The notes under the pieces: generated by a model | Told to the model about the DNA's origin: nothing | The model's database searches: none | The model's input: only the letters and a program-made list of their open reading frames with translations | NCBI GenBank assembly: GCA_964591135.1 | Contig: CAZPZU010000016.1 | Span: 4,941-68,940 of the forward strand | Direction of reading: 5' to 3' | Length of the DNA stretch: 64,000 nucleotides | Source of the DNA: an uncultured Gemmatimonadaceae bacterium | GTDB taxonomy: Bacteria > Gemmatimonadota > Gemmatimonadetes > Longimicrobiales > Gaopeijiaceae | Made by a program: the position numbers and the translations under genes | Part shown: one piece after another, positions 7,085 through 16,742 of the stretch | Position numbering within the stretch: position 1 is the stretch's first letter | Layout of the letters: every line of letters starts with the position of its first letter

Positions 7085-9472
7085 TCAGCCGACAGAGACG
7101 GAGCTCCGCGAGCGCTGACGGGAGAGCGCGTCGAGGTACTTCTTGATCTCGCGAAACTGCCCCTCGCCGTGCAGGCCGGCCTGGTAGACGACCATGTCGC
7201 CCGTGCCGCTGCCGAGATAGTGCCCCTTCCGGAAGGGGTACATGGTGTGCGCGAGGCCCAGTTCCGAACGGATCCACCGGTACATGGTGGGAAGGGTGAA
7301 GCCGGTGATGCCCATGGCCTCGTGCATCTGAGCGGGCGGAAGGATCCGCGCGCGCTGGTCGGCTTCGAGGCGGTCGAACAGCTCCACGCTCGACACGTGG
7401 TACACGTCGAGGTTGACACCCTCGGCCTCCAGCATGGGGAGGACCGCCTGGACGAACTCGTACGTGACCTCGGACCCCTGGAGCACCAGCGTTCCGTCGC
7501 GCTCCCCCTCGCCGGTGCGCAGGAGGTACACGCCCTGCGCGGCCTCCGATGCCGGCGCGAGGCCCATCTCCTCGCGGTCGAGCACGGGCTCTCCCGGGCG
7601 GGTGACGAAGGGCACGATCACCGCGGGACGCGCCCTGAGCGCGGCCGCCATGAGGGGCCAGATCTCCTGCGGCTCCCAGGGCGTCAGCGTGACCGCGACG
7701 CCCGGGACGTGGTTCTCCTGGTGGAGCTGCAGCGCTTGCGGATCGGCGTGGGTCGGACCGTCCTCTCCGGTCTTCATCCCCGCATGGCCGCAGATGAGGA
7801 TGAACGGGCGGTACGGCGCGCCGGGGCCCTCCACCTCGCGCCGCGTCTGGTTCGCGATCCCGTGGACGCGTGCCGCGATATGCCCCAGCGGAGCGATGAA
7901 AGCGCCGTACGAGGCGCCGGCGCCCATGTGGAATCCCATGGACGACACCCCCGTGAGCACGCACGACAGGCCGTCCTCGCAGATTCCGCCGACGGAGAGC
8001 GAACGGGCGCCCGGGTTCGCGTCCCAGTGGAAATACCCTTCCGGGAAGCCCTTCGCCGCGCCCGACACGGCGGTCGAGTCGAGGAGGTCGGCCGCGCCGA
8101 TGAGGAGCGCCCCTCCGCTCGCCTCGTTGAAGTGTCCCAGCACCTTGCCGAGCTGGGACCTGAGCGCGATCGACGCGCCCGGCTCGAGCGCGACGTCCTC
8201 GGGCGTCTCGTCGGGATCGGCGACGGCGAAGATCCGCTCGACGTCGGGAGCCCCCTCTCGTGGCTTGCGCCCGCGCGCCTCCAGGCGCTCCCGGGCGGAG
8301 ACCAGGCGACCCGCCATCTCTTCGCACATGGGCCGATACGGGTCCTCGAGCAACGCCCGGACGCGTTGCAGCGTCATCCAGTAGCACTGCTCGACCTGGT
8401 CCTTGAACTTCGCGCCGGCGCAGCGCTGGCCGTCCACGCCGCAGTGGGGGAGGCCCGGACCGTCCTTCCCGAAGAGCGGGGCGACCGCTTCGTAATAGGC
8501 GTCGCTGCAGAGCTTGTGGCCTCCGCCGTGCGACTTCTTTCCGGTGATCCCGTACTTCCAGCCCTTCTCGGTGCGGTAGACCACGGCCGTGGGCTGACCG
8601 TTGTCCAGCTGCCGCGCCAGTCTCTGGCCGGTCAGGACGAGGGGAAAGTCGAAGCCGTCGGGCACCTCGACGACGTTCCAGTCCTGGAGGTAGAAGAACT
8701 CCATCGGGTCCCACTGTACGTAGTCGCCGGGTCTGGAGCCGTCCCTGGTCACGTGGTTCGAGTCGATGGAGGCCTGATTCCAGTCGAGGTGGATCACGAC
8801 GTTGCTCAGGCCCGACGCCGACGCGCTCGCCACGGCCTCGTAGACGCGGCCGGGCGTGAGGCCCCCCTCTCCCTCCAGGATGTGGACCCGCGGGGCATTC
8901 GCCTTGCCGTAATAGTCGGCCACCGTGAACGCGAGCCCGATCGAGCTGCCCACCCCCACACCCGACGGGCCCGTGGACAGCCGCACGTGCGGCGTGGCGG
9001 GCGTGGGGTGCCCGTCCAGGGGCTTCGAGCCGAACTGCTTGAAGAGCGGTGTATGCGTCGCCGGGTTGCGCCGGAACCCCAGAAGGTCCTCGAGGCGAAG
9101 ACGGTGGTTCACCGCCTCGGGAAGGAGCTCCGGGCGCGCGATCCTGGCCACCTCGTCCCGGAGCGCCCACATCGCGTAGAGCCCGGTCGCCTTGTGCCCG
9201 GCCGCGTACGACAGGATGTCGGCGTCACGGCGGATCGGGTCCCCGATGTCGTAGTCCATCGCGTCGAACAGGACGCCGGTGACGATGTGACCCGACGAGA
9301 CCGACCCGCCGGGATGTCCGGACTGGGCGTAGTTGAAGAGGATCGCGGTCAGCGTCCTGTAGACGAGGTCGTAAGACTCGAAGTAGGCGATGGACTGGGC
9401 GGAGATCCCGAGATCATCGGGCTCCGTCACCTTGATCCACTCGGCCCGGCGTGGGCCGAAGGCTCGGCTCAT
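7085..9472 (-). CDS. transketolase-family thiamine-diphosphate enzyme, long form (795 aa)
   Basis: TPP motifs SGHPGGSVSSGHI and ILEGEGGLTPGRVYEA. Pyrimidine-binding and C-terminal domains are recognisable (GICEDGL, GEDGPTHADPQAL). There is an extra Cys-containing segment of about 100 aa between the PP and Pyr domains. Confidence 0.88.
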   Translation of the reverse strand: MSRAFGPRRAEWIKVTEPDDLGISAQSIAYFESYDLVYRTLTAILFNYAQSGHPGGSVSSGHIVTGVLFDAMDYDIGDPIRRDADILSYAAGHKATGLYAMWALRDEVARIARPELLPEAVNHRLRLEDLLGFRRNPATHTPLFKQFGSKPLDGHPTPATPHVRLSTGPSGVGVGSSIGLAFTVADYYGKANAPRVHILEGEGGLTPGRVYEAVASASASGLSNVVIHLDWNQASIDSNHVTRDGSRPGDYVQWDPMEFFYLQDWNVVEVPDGFDFPLVLTGQRLARQLDNGQPTAVVYRTEKGWKYGITGKKSHGGGHKLCSDAYYEAVAPLFGKDGPGLPHCGVDGQRCAGAKFKDQVEQCYWMTLQRVRALLEDPYRPMCEEMAGRLVSARERLEARGRKPREGAPDVERIFAVADPDETPEDVALEPGASIALRSQLGKVLGHFNEASGGALLIGAADLLDSTAVSGAAKGFPEGYFHWDANPGARSLSVGGICEDGLSCVLTGVSSMGFHMGAGASYGAFIAPLGHIAARVHGIANQTRREVEGPGAPYRPFILICGHAGMKTGEDGPTHADPQALQLHQENHVPGVAVTLTPWEPQEIWPLMAAALRARPAVIVPFVTRPGEPVLDREEMGLAPASEAAQGVYLLRTGEGERDGTLVLQGSEVTYEFVQAVLPMLEAEGVNLDVYHVSSVELFDRLEADQRARILPPAQMHEAMGITGFTLPTMYRWIRSELGLAHTMYPFRKGHYLGSGTGDMVVYQAGLHGEGQFREIKKYLDALSRQRSRSSVSVG

Positions 9473-9518
9473 GGGTTCTCCCTTCTCTTTCCGCTTCGAT
9501 TCGTGGTTGGGGGGCGGG

Positions 9519-10853
9519 CTATAGCGTGTACCGCTCCCCGGAGGCCATGAAGTCCCGGAAGCCCGCCTCGTCCTGGGACGCCATCGCGATGCGCCGCACC
9601 GCTTCCTCCAACTCGTCGTCGGAGTTCGCGATGGACAGGCGCAGGTAGTGCTGCCCCTCGCTTCCCAGCGTGCTGAACGACCGCCGGTCCATGGTCGCGA
9701 CCCGATAGCGGTAGAGCAGGAACAGCTGGAAGAGCGTGGCGGGGCTGGAGCGATCCCGGATGTTCTGCGCCAGCCCGTCGAAGGCTTCCTCGATTCCGAG
9801 GCGCTCGACCACCCCTGCGATGTTGGGGAAGGCGTAGAAGGCTCCCTTGGGATTCTGGCAGGTGACGCCGTCGATCGCGTTCAGCGCCGGCACGACCAGG
9901 TCGCGGCGCCGCTGGAAGGCGTCGACCATGGCACGGATCGCCGGTGGACTCTCGGGCGACTCCAGCGCCTCGATCGCGCCCCACTGGTTGTAGGGCGGGA
10001 TCGACGCGAAGTAGTTGATCGCGAGGCGGCGGTGGACGCGCGCCTCCTCCACGGTGGGATACACCGCCCACCCCACGCGTCCGCCCGTCCACGCGTAGGT
10101 CTTCGACACTCCCGAGCCGATGATCGTGCGAGCCGCCATGCCGGGCATGGCGGCGATCGACAGGTGCTCCTCCCCGTCGAAGATGATGGCCTCGTAGGAC
10201 TCGTCGGAGTAGACGCGCACGTCGGGAGGGGTCTTCTCCAGAATCAGCTCCGCCAGCTCCTGGAGCTGAGCCCGGGTGGCCACGCCTCCGGTGGGGTTGG
10301 AGGGGAAGTTCAGGAAGATCAGCTTCGTGCGCGGGCTGAGCAGCGGCTCCAGCTCCTTGCGCGTCAGGCCGAATCCGTGCTCCTCGCGCAGCACGACCGG
10401 CACGGGCGCGCACCGGAAGTAGGGGACGAACGACTCGAACAGCGGGTAGCCCGGCGAGGGGTAGATGACTTCCTGTCCCGCTTCGCTGTAGGCCATGTGG
10501 GCGAAGCCGATGGGCGGACGTCCACCCGGATAGACCACCACGCGCTCCGGATTGATGTCGAGCCCGTGCTTGGCACCGATGGAGAGCGCCACCGCCGTTC
10601 GTAGCTCGGGAATGCCCTGGGGATCGCAGTACGTGGTCAGGCCGTCGTCGAGGGCGCGCTGCACCGCGTGCACGATGTGTTTGGGCAGCGGGAAGTCCGG
10701 CTGGCCGAGGTTGCAGCGGATGACGCGGTCTCCCTTGGCTTCGGCTTCCCGGATGAGAGCCCCGAGGGCGAAAGCCTCTTCCGTGCCGATGCGGCTCACC
10801 CGGTCGGCGAAAAGCGTCGAAGGCAGGGGCGCGGCGGTTGGGGCGGCGCTCAT
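9519..10853 (-). CDS. pyridoxal-phosphate-dependent aminotransferase (class I/II)
   Basis: ORF 9519..11252 trimmed to ATG 10853-10851 (MSAAPTAAPLPSTLFADRVSRIG...). Contains NLGQPDF, a NFPSNPTGG-type motif and the PLP lysine motif SKTYAWTGGRVGW. It lies 46 nt upstream of the transketolase gene. Confidence 0.9.
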   Translation of the reverse strand: MSAAPTAAPLPSTLFADRVSRIGTEEAFALGALIREAEAKGDRVIRCNLGQPDFPLPKHIVHAVQRALDDGLTTYCDPQGIPELRTAVALSIGAKHGLDINPERVVVYPGGRPPIGFAHMAYSEAGQEVIYPSPGYPLFESFVPYFRCAPVPVVLREEHGFGLTRKELEPLLSPRTKLIFLNFPSNPTGGVATRAQLQELAELILEKTPPDVRVYSDESYEAIIFDGEEHLSIAAMPGMAARTIIGSGVSKTYAWTGGRVGWAVYPTVEEARVHRRLAINYFASIPPYNQWGAIEALESPESPPAIRAMVDAFQRRRDLVVPALNAIDGVTCQNPKGAFYAFPNIAGVVERLGIEEAFDGLAQNIRDRSSPATLFQLFLLYRYRVATMDRRSFSTLGSEGQHYLRLSIANSDDELEEAVRRIAMASQDEAGFRDFMASGERYTL

Positions 10854-10955
10854 GCGGACGAACCTCCGAATCGAGGGTAACAGCCCGGCGGGCGGACCCC
10901 GGGTGGGATCCCTGCAACCTAGGAAATCCGCCCTTTCCCCATAAGTGGGGATTCG

Positions 10956-12815
10956 GTGGAGAGGATCGTCGGGGATTCCCCTCCAGGCAAGACGTTGCTC
11001 CACGTCGGGGTCTCGGAGATCTTCCGCCCCATGGATCTCACCGTGCCGCCCGCCGCGCTGGCGGAGCTCGCGGCGGCCTACCTCCAGGCCGCCGTGACGC
11101 TCGCCCTGGTGGCTCTGTGCGCGTTGCTGTACCGCCGCTACCCCAAGCCCTACTTCGGCGTGTGGGCGATCGCCTGGGCGTTGTACGGCATGCGCCTGGG
11201 CGCGATCATCGCCTTCCTTCACACGGGGCAGAACGCCTGGCTGTACTGGCACCAGGTCACCACGGGGTGGACGGCCCTGGCGTTGTTGTGGGCCGCCCTG
11301 GTCTTCTCCCAGGGGCTCCGCTGGCGATGGGCCTACCTCTCCCTCGCGCTGTTCCCGCCGGTGTGGTCGTACATCGCGATCTACCGCCTCGACAACTTCC
11401 TGCTCGCGGCGGGGCCCGCCGTAATCTTCCTGAGCGCGGCGACGGCGTGGACCGCCTGGGCGTTCTTCCGTTACGACCGCGAGGTGGGTTCACCGGCCGC
11501 CCGGGTCCTGACCGTGACGCTCGCTCTGTGGGCGCTGCACCACCTCGACTACCCCTTCCTGCGAGCCCGGGGAGCGTGGAACCCCTGGGGCTACTATCTC
11601 GACCTGGTGTTCGAGCTCGGAATGGCCGCGGGGATCCTGATGTTGGTGCTGGAGGACCTGGACCAGGGCCTGCGCACGCTGACGGCGCTCTCCGGCGAGC
11701 TGCAGCAGCGCGGGCGTCGGGGCGAGGGGGTGCCCGAGGCCGTGCTCCGCCGCGCGCTCGGGCTGCGCGGGGTGCACGGATCGGCACTGTACCTGGCCTC
11801 GGGGCAGGGGGGCGCGTTCGCGGCGGGCGCGGGCGTGTGCGCGCTCTGGCCCTACGAGCAGCCACCCGAACTGGCCTGGCGGGCGGTCGCCGAGGTGCGA
11901 CGGACGGGTCAGCCCGAGGTGATCAAGGGCCGCGGAGCGGAGGGGGAGCGCCCGCCGTGGGCGCACCCGTACGTGGCCGCACTTCCGGTCCTGAGGGGTA
12001 GCGAGGTGGCGGGCGCGCTGGTTGTGGTCGGGGAGTCCCGTGATCCGTTCACGGCGCTCGACACGCCCTTCCTCCTGGCGTTCGGGCAGCAGGTGGGCGC
12101 GGCCCTGGAGAACGAGGATCTCTACCGCAGCCTCGAGGATCGCACGGCGGAGCTGGAGCGGCTCCAGGCGCTCATGGTGCGCCAGCACGAGGAGGAGCGG
12201 AACCGGCTGTCTCGCGAGCTCCACGACGAGACGGCCCAGGTGCTGGCCGCCGTGAACATGCAGCTCGGTCTCCTGCGCGAGAAGGGCGACGACGTCATGG
12301 CGGCTTCGCTGGACCGCGCCCGGGGGCTGGTCAGCGAAGGGATCCGGAGCATCCGCAGCGTCACCAGGAACCTCCGCCCGACGGCGCTCGACGACCTGGG
12401 GCTCCTCCCGGCCCTGCGGGCCCTGGCGCGCGATTTCGGTGGCCAGGAGGCCCTGCAGGTGGACTTGGAGGCGCCGCCGACGCTGCCTGCCCTGGAGAGC
12501 GACGCGGAGCTGGCGTTGTACCGGACGCTACAGGAGGCGTTGGCGAACGCGGTGCGGCACGGCCAATGTAGGCGGGTGACGGTGAACGTCGAGGAAGCCG
12601 AGGGACAGGTGGTGCTGGACGTGAGGGACGACGGGGTGGGCTTTCCCCTGGACGATCCGGGCGGGCTGAACCGCACCCGCGGCGGGCTCGCCGGAATCCG
12701 GGAGCGCATCACCGGCGTGGGGGGCGCCTTCAAACTCGAGAACGGCAGCCGCGGAGGCGCGCGCGTGTGGGTGCGCGTGCCCTCCACGGGCGGCCGGAAG
12801 AAGGGAGGAACGTGA
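10956..12815 (+). CDS. membrane sensor histidine kinase (multi-TM input, GAF-like domain, HisKA_3 + HATPase)
   Basis: HisKA_3 H-box LSRELHDETAQVLAAV. HATPase motifs NAVRHG, DDGVGF and GGLAGIRERI. The N-terminal half is hydrophobic, with about 6-7 TM helices. The start is uncertain: GTG 10956 or ATG 11031. Confidence 0.85.
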   Translation: MERIVGDSPPGKTLLHVGVSEIFRPMDLTVPPAALAELAAAYLQAAVTLALVALCALLYRRYPKPYFGVWAIAWALYGMRLGAIIAFLHTGQNAWLYWHQVTTGWTALALLWAALVFSQGLRWRWAYLSLALFPPVWSYIAIYRLDNFLLAAGPAVIFLSAATAWTAWAFFRYDREVGSPAARVLTVTLALWALHHLDYPFLRARGAWNPWGYYLDLVFELGMAAGILMLVLEDLDQGLRTLTALSGELQQRGRRGEGVPEAVLRRALGLRGVHGSALYLASGQGGAFAAGAGVCALWPYEQPPELAWRAVAEVRRTGQPEVIKGRGAEGERPPWAHPYVAALPVLRGSEVAGALVVVGESRDPFTALDTPFLLAFGQQVGAALENEDLYRSLEDRTAELERLQALMVRQHEEERNRLSRELHDETAQVLAAVNMQLGLLREKGDDVMAASLDRARGLVSEGIRSIRSVTRNLRPTALDDLGLLPALRALARDFGGQEALQVDLEAPPTLPALESDAELALYRTLQEALANAVRHGQCRRVTVNVEEAEGQVVLDVRDDGVGFPLDDPGGLNRTRGGLAGIRERITGVGGAFKLENGSRGGARVWVRVPSTGGRKKGGT

Positions 12816-13477
12816 GCGACACGCGCATTCGGGTGATCATCGCGGACGACCACGCCGTGGTGCGGCAGGGCATTCGCCACGTCCTGGAGGAGATCCCGGG
12901 ACTCGAGGTCGTCGCGGAGGCGGGTAGCGGGGAAGAGGTTCTGGCCCTGATGGAAGGGAAGGCGCCCGACCTCCTCGTCCTGGACATCTCCATGCCCGAC
13001 AAGAACGGGCTCGAGGTCGCGAGGGAGCTGCGCGGCGCCGGCTCCGAGGTAGGGATCCTCGTGCTCTCCATGCACGACAACCCGGAGTACGTGCTCGAGG
13101 CCGTCCGCGTCGGGGCCGACGGCTATGTCCTCAAGGACGTGGGGCCGGCCGAGCTGAGGGAGGCGGTGGAGGCGGTGTTCGACGGCAAGGAGTACTTCAC
13201 CGAGCGTGTGACGCACCAGCTGAGCGTCGCCCTGCGCGAGGAGCTCGAGCGTGAACGGCAACGCTCGCGCCTCGACCAGCTCACTGGCCGCGAACGGGAG
13301 GTCCTGCTCCGCGTGGCGAGCGGGCGCACGAATCGGGAGATCGCCGAAGAGTTCGGGATCAGCCCCCGCACGGTGGAGACCCACCGCGAGCGTGTGATGG
13401 CGAAGCTCCGTATCCGTACGGTCGCGGGGCTTACGCGCTTCGTCGTCGAGAACGGTCTCGGCGATGAGGCCCTGTAG
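12812..13477 (+). CDS. LuxR/NarL-family response regulator
   Basis: GTG 12812 overlaps the kinase TGA (GTGA), with AAGGGAGG upstream. REC domain (IRVIIADDHAVVRQG...LVLDISMPDKNG) and LuxR HTH (LTGREREVLLRVASGRTNREIAEEFGISPRTVETHR). Confidence 0.92.
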   Translation: MSDTRIRVIIADDHAVVRQGIRHVLEEIPGLEVVAEAGSGEEVLALMEGKAPDLLVLDISMPDKNGLEVARELRGAGSEVGILVLSMHDNPEYVLEAVRVGADGYVLKDVGPAELREAVEAVFDGKEYFTERVTHQLSVALREELERERQRSRLDQLTGREREVLLRVASGRTNREIAEEFGISPRTVETHRERVMAKLRIRTVAGLTRFVVENGLGDEAL

Positions 13478-13501
13478 GGCGATTCCCCGCGCCCCGCGTC
13501 A

Positions 13502-13530
13502 GGTCCGGGACGTACGTACATCCCCGGACC
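13502..13530 (+). terminator. hairpin after the response-regulator gene
   Basis: The 8-bp stem GGTCCGGG / CCCGGACC encloses a 13-nt loop containing ACGTACGT. It lies 25 nt after the stop. No U-tract. Confidence 0.35.
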
Positions 13531-13671
13531 GCGACCTTCGGGGATCTCCGAATTACGCGGAAAAAACAGGGGGCCTAGCTTCCGCGGTGTGAGTTTGCCC
13601 ATACCGCGGGCGCTGCCTGCGCTCACCAAGACCGCCTAAGGCGGCGGCAGGTAAGGAGAGCGAGACCCCCG

Positions 13672-15873
13672 ATGAAGACCGAGACCTCGAACCCCATCAG
13701 GATCCCACCGTCCGCGCTCCGGGTCGCCGTTCCCGTGCTCGCCCTGGGCCTGTGGGCCGCACCGACCGCGCTGCTTGCCCAGAGCTCCGGCGGGAACCGG
13801 CGGTCGGAGATGTCCGACACCTTCCGCGTGGACCCCATCGTCGTGACCGCCACGCGCGGTCCACGGGAGGCGTCGAAGATCCCCCAGCCGGTTTCGGTGG
13901 TGCAGCGTCGCGACCTCGTCGAGCAGATCCCGAACACCGTGACCGACCTGTTCCGCACGCTGCCCGGACTCGACGTGACCGGAGTCGGCGTGAACCAGGG
14001 AAGGCCCGAGATCCGCGGCCAGCGGGGCCAGCGCATCCTCCTGCTCGAGGACGGTCTGCGGCTCAACAACTTCCGCCGCCAGCAGGACTTCGGTGAGCTG
14101 CCCGCCCTGGTGGACGTGAACGGCGTGGAGCGGGTCGAGGTCGTGCGCGGGCCCGCATCCGTGCTGTACGGCTCCGATGCGATCGGCGGCGTGGTGAACA
14201 TCATCACGCGCACGGCGCAGGCTGAGGGCTTCCATGCCTTCGGCTCGCTGCGCTACGGCGACGTCGAGAATCAGAAGTCGGGCTCCGCACGCGTCTACGG
14301 CCGCAGCGGCGCCTTCACGATCCGCGCCGGCGGGACGGTCCGCGAGGCGGGCGCCTACGAGGCGCCCTCCGGCACCTTCGGCGGCATCACGCTCGACCGG
14401 AACGTCCTGGTGAACGGCACCGGCGTGAAGGACCGCTCGGTGGACGTGCGTCTCGGATGGGAGCCCGCCGGCCACCACTCCACCTACGCCAAGTTCGAGA
14501 CCTACCGGGCGGACGACGCGGGCTTCGGCAGCGTGGACCCGGCGCTGTACGCACCGGGGAGCCCCGACATCAACATCACCTACCCGATGCAGCGTTGGTC
14601 CAAGGTCACGGCAGGGTACCTGGGCCGCGAGCTGGGCACGCCCCTCGCCGATCAGGTCTCCATCCAGGCCTACGGGCAGGACAACAAGCGCGACCTGAAC
14701 TTCGGCCTGGACATGGCGCTCGGGCCCTCCGCGAGCATGTCCATCGTGCAGAAGAACTTCACGAACATCCGCACCTACGGCCTGCGCGCCGAGGCGCGCA
14801 AGCTCGCCGTGCCGGGCCTGTTGTTCACCTACGGGCTCGACGCCGTGCGCGAGCACGCCGAGGGGACGGACCACAACACGACGACGATCCTCGGCTTCGG
14901 CCCGCCGATGGAGGAGGTGAGCGACAAGCCACAGCTGCCGACCGCAACGTTCCTCACGCTGGGCGCCTTCGCGCAGAGCGAGATCCAGGCCACGCAGCGC
15001 CTCTCCTTCGTGGCGGGCGGGCGGTACCAGAGCGCGAAGGCCGAGACGTTTGCCACGCCCGGCCTCGACACCATGACGCCGACCACGATCACGGACGGGA
15101 CGTTCGTCGCAGCCCTCAACGCGCTCTTCGAGGTGGGGGGAGGGGTGTCCCTGATCGGTTCGGCGGGGCGCGCCTTCCGCACGCCGAACCTGATCGAGCG
15201 CTTCTTCGACGGCCCCACGCCGGAGGGTTCGGGCTACCAGGTCGCCAACCCGGACCTCAAGGCCGAGACGAGCTTCAACGTCGACCTCGGCGTGCGCTAC
15301 CGGAACGGTCGGGTGTCGGTCGACGCCTTCGGCTTCCACAACAAGATCTACGACGGGATCCGCATCCAGCCGTTGGACTACGAGGTGAACGGCCAGGCGG
15401 CGTACCAGAACACGAACGTCGAGCAGCTGCTCTTCCGGGGCGTCGAGCTCGACGGGAACGTCGCCGTCACGGGCGGGCTGTCGGTGGGCGGCAACTACTC
15501 CTGGATGGACGCGAAGGACGCGCTCAACAAGGAGAACCCGGTCGGTGAGTCCTTCAACAGCAAGATCACCGGCACGGTGCGCTACGAAGATCCTGGGGAC
15601 CGCTTCTGGGCCGCCTGGGAGGTTCGGCACAACGGCGACCGCAAGGACGTCCAGCTCGTGGACAACCCCATCGGCGACGTGCTGCCCGCCTTCACGGTGC
15701 AGAACCTGCGCGCCGGCGTCACCGTGCTGCGCACGGAGGGAGGCCAGGTGCATCGCCTGAACGTCGCGCTCACCAACCTCACGGACCGGCTCTACGCGGA
15801 ATTCTCGAACGCCTCGTTCTTCCGCCCCGAGCCCAAGCGCAACCTGACCCTGACCTGGGAGGTGTCCTTCTAG
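13672..15873 (+). CDS. TonB-dependent outer-membrane receptor
   Basis: 733 aa. Signal peptide, plug motifs (DPIVVTATRGPREASKIPQPVSVV, PGLDVTGVGVNQGRPEIRGQRG, VEVVRGPASVLYGSDAIGGVVNIITR) and a C-terminal beta-barrel ending ...LTLTWEVSF. Confidence 0.92.
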   Translation: MKTETSNPIRIPPSALRVAVPVLALGLWAAPTALLAQSSGGNRRSEMSDTFRVDPIVVTATRGPREASKIPQPVSVVQRRDLVEQIPNTVTDLFRTLPGLDVTGVGVNQGRPEIRGQRGQRILLLEDGLRLNNFRRQQDFGELPALVDVNGVERVEVVRGPASVLYGSDAIGGVVNIITRTAQAEGFHAFGSLRYGDVENQKSGSARVYGRSGAFTIRAGGTVREAGAYEAPSGTFGGITLDRNVLVNGTGVKDRSVDVRLGWEPAGHHSTYAKFETYRADDAGFGSVDPALYAPGSPDINITYPMQRWSKVTAGYLGRELGTPLADQVSIQAYGQDNKRDLNFGLDMALGPSASMSIVQKNFTNIRTYGLRAEARKLAVPGLLFTYGLDAVREHAEGTDHNTTTILGFGPPMEEVSDKPQLPTATFLTLGAFAQSEIQATQRLSFVAGGRYQSAKAETFATPGLDTMTPTTITDGTFVAALNALFEVGGGVSLIGSAGRAFRTPNLIERFFDGPTPEGSGYQVANPDLKAETSFNVDLGVRYRNGRVSVDAFGFHNKIYDGIRIQPLDYEVNGQAAYQNTNVEQLLFRGVELDGNVAVTGGLSVGGNYSWMDAKDALNKENPVGESFNSKITGTVRYEDPGDRFWAAWEVRHNGDRKDVQLVDNPIGDVLPAFTVQNLRAGVTVLRTEGGQVHRLNVALTNLTDRLYAEFSNASFFRPEPKRNLTLTWEVSF

Positions 15874-15892
15874 GACGCCACCCCCTGGAGAC

Positions 15893-15925
15893 GGCGGCGG
15901 ACGGCTCCTCGAGCCGTGCGCCGCC
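15893..15925 (+). terminator. intercistronic hairpin between the receptor gene and the downstream membrane-protein gene
   Basis: GGCGGCGGACGGCTC-CTC-GAGCCGTGCGCCGCC, 14 of 15 bp paired. No U-tract, so it may be an attenuator or processing site rather than a full terminator. Confidence 0.35.
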
Positions 15926-15950
15926 GCTTCGCGCGAAAGGAGACTGCCCG

Positions 15951-16676
15951 ATGCCCGCCTTCGTTTCCTTCATCCCCATCGCCACCACGATCGTCGCGGC
16001 CTTCTTCGCGCCGGTGGTGTTCCGTCGTTGGCGGGAACGCCATTCGGGGCCGCACCTGCTCTGGTGGTCCATGGGCATCGCCATGTACGGGGTGGGTACG
16101 TTCACGGAGTCGTTCACCACGCTCTTCGGATGGCACGCGTGGGTGTTCCGTGCGTGGTACATCTCCGGTGCGCTCCTGGGCGGGGCGCCGCTGGCCCAGG
16201 GCACGGTCTACCTGATGTTCTCACGCAAGCTCGCGAACCGGCTCGCGCTCGCATTGGTGGCCGTCGTCGTCGTGGCGTCGGTCGCGGTGCTCCTGAGCCC
16301 GATCGACTACGGCCTGGTGGAGACCCACCGCCTCACGGGGCACGTGATGGAGTGGCACGCGGCCCGCTTGTTCAGCCCGTTCATCAACACGTACGCCGCG
16401 ATCTTCCTGATCGGGGGCGCGATGGTGTCGGCGTGGAGGTTCCGCAAGGACGCCTCGGCGCGCCACCGCTTCATCGGAAACGTGTTCATCGCGGTCGGGG
16501 CATTGCTCCCGGGGATCGGCGGGACGGCCACGCGGTTCGGGCACACCGAGGTCCTCTACATCATGGAGTTCCTCGGCCTGATCATGATCTGGATCGGCTA
16601 CCGCTACAACGTCATGCCGGGCGGCCGCGGGGCTCCGGCCGGGCAGACGGAGCAAGCCGTCGGCTCGACCGCCTGA
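15951..16676 (+). CDS. integral membrane protein, function unknown (about 6-7 TM)
   Basis: 241 aa. AAAGGAG lies 8 nt upstream of the ATG. Hydrophobic helices throughout, high GC3. Probably co-transcribed with the TonB-dependent receptor. Confidence 0.7.
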   Translation: MPAFVSFIPIATTIVAAFFAPVVFRRWRERHSGPHLLWWSMGIAMYGVGTFTESFTTLFGWHAWVFRAWYISGALLGGAPLAQGTVYLMFSRKLANRLALALVAVVVVASVAVLLSPIDYGLVETHRLTGHVMEWHAARLFSPFINTYAAIFLIGGAMVSAWRFRKDASARHRFIGNVFIAVGALLPGIGGTATRFGHTEVLYIMEFLGLIMIWIGYRYNVMPGGRGAPAGQTEQAVGSTA

Positions 16677-16742
16677 CGGGCCCCCTCGGGGATCACGCGG
16701 GGCGGTCGACGACCATCGGCCGCCTCGCCGGTCGCGCCCGGC

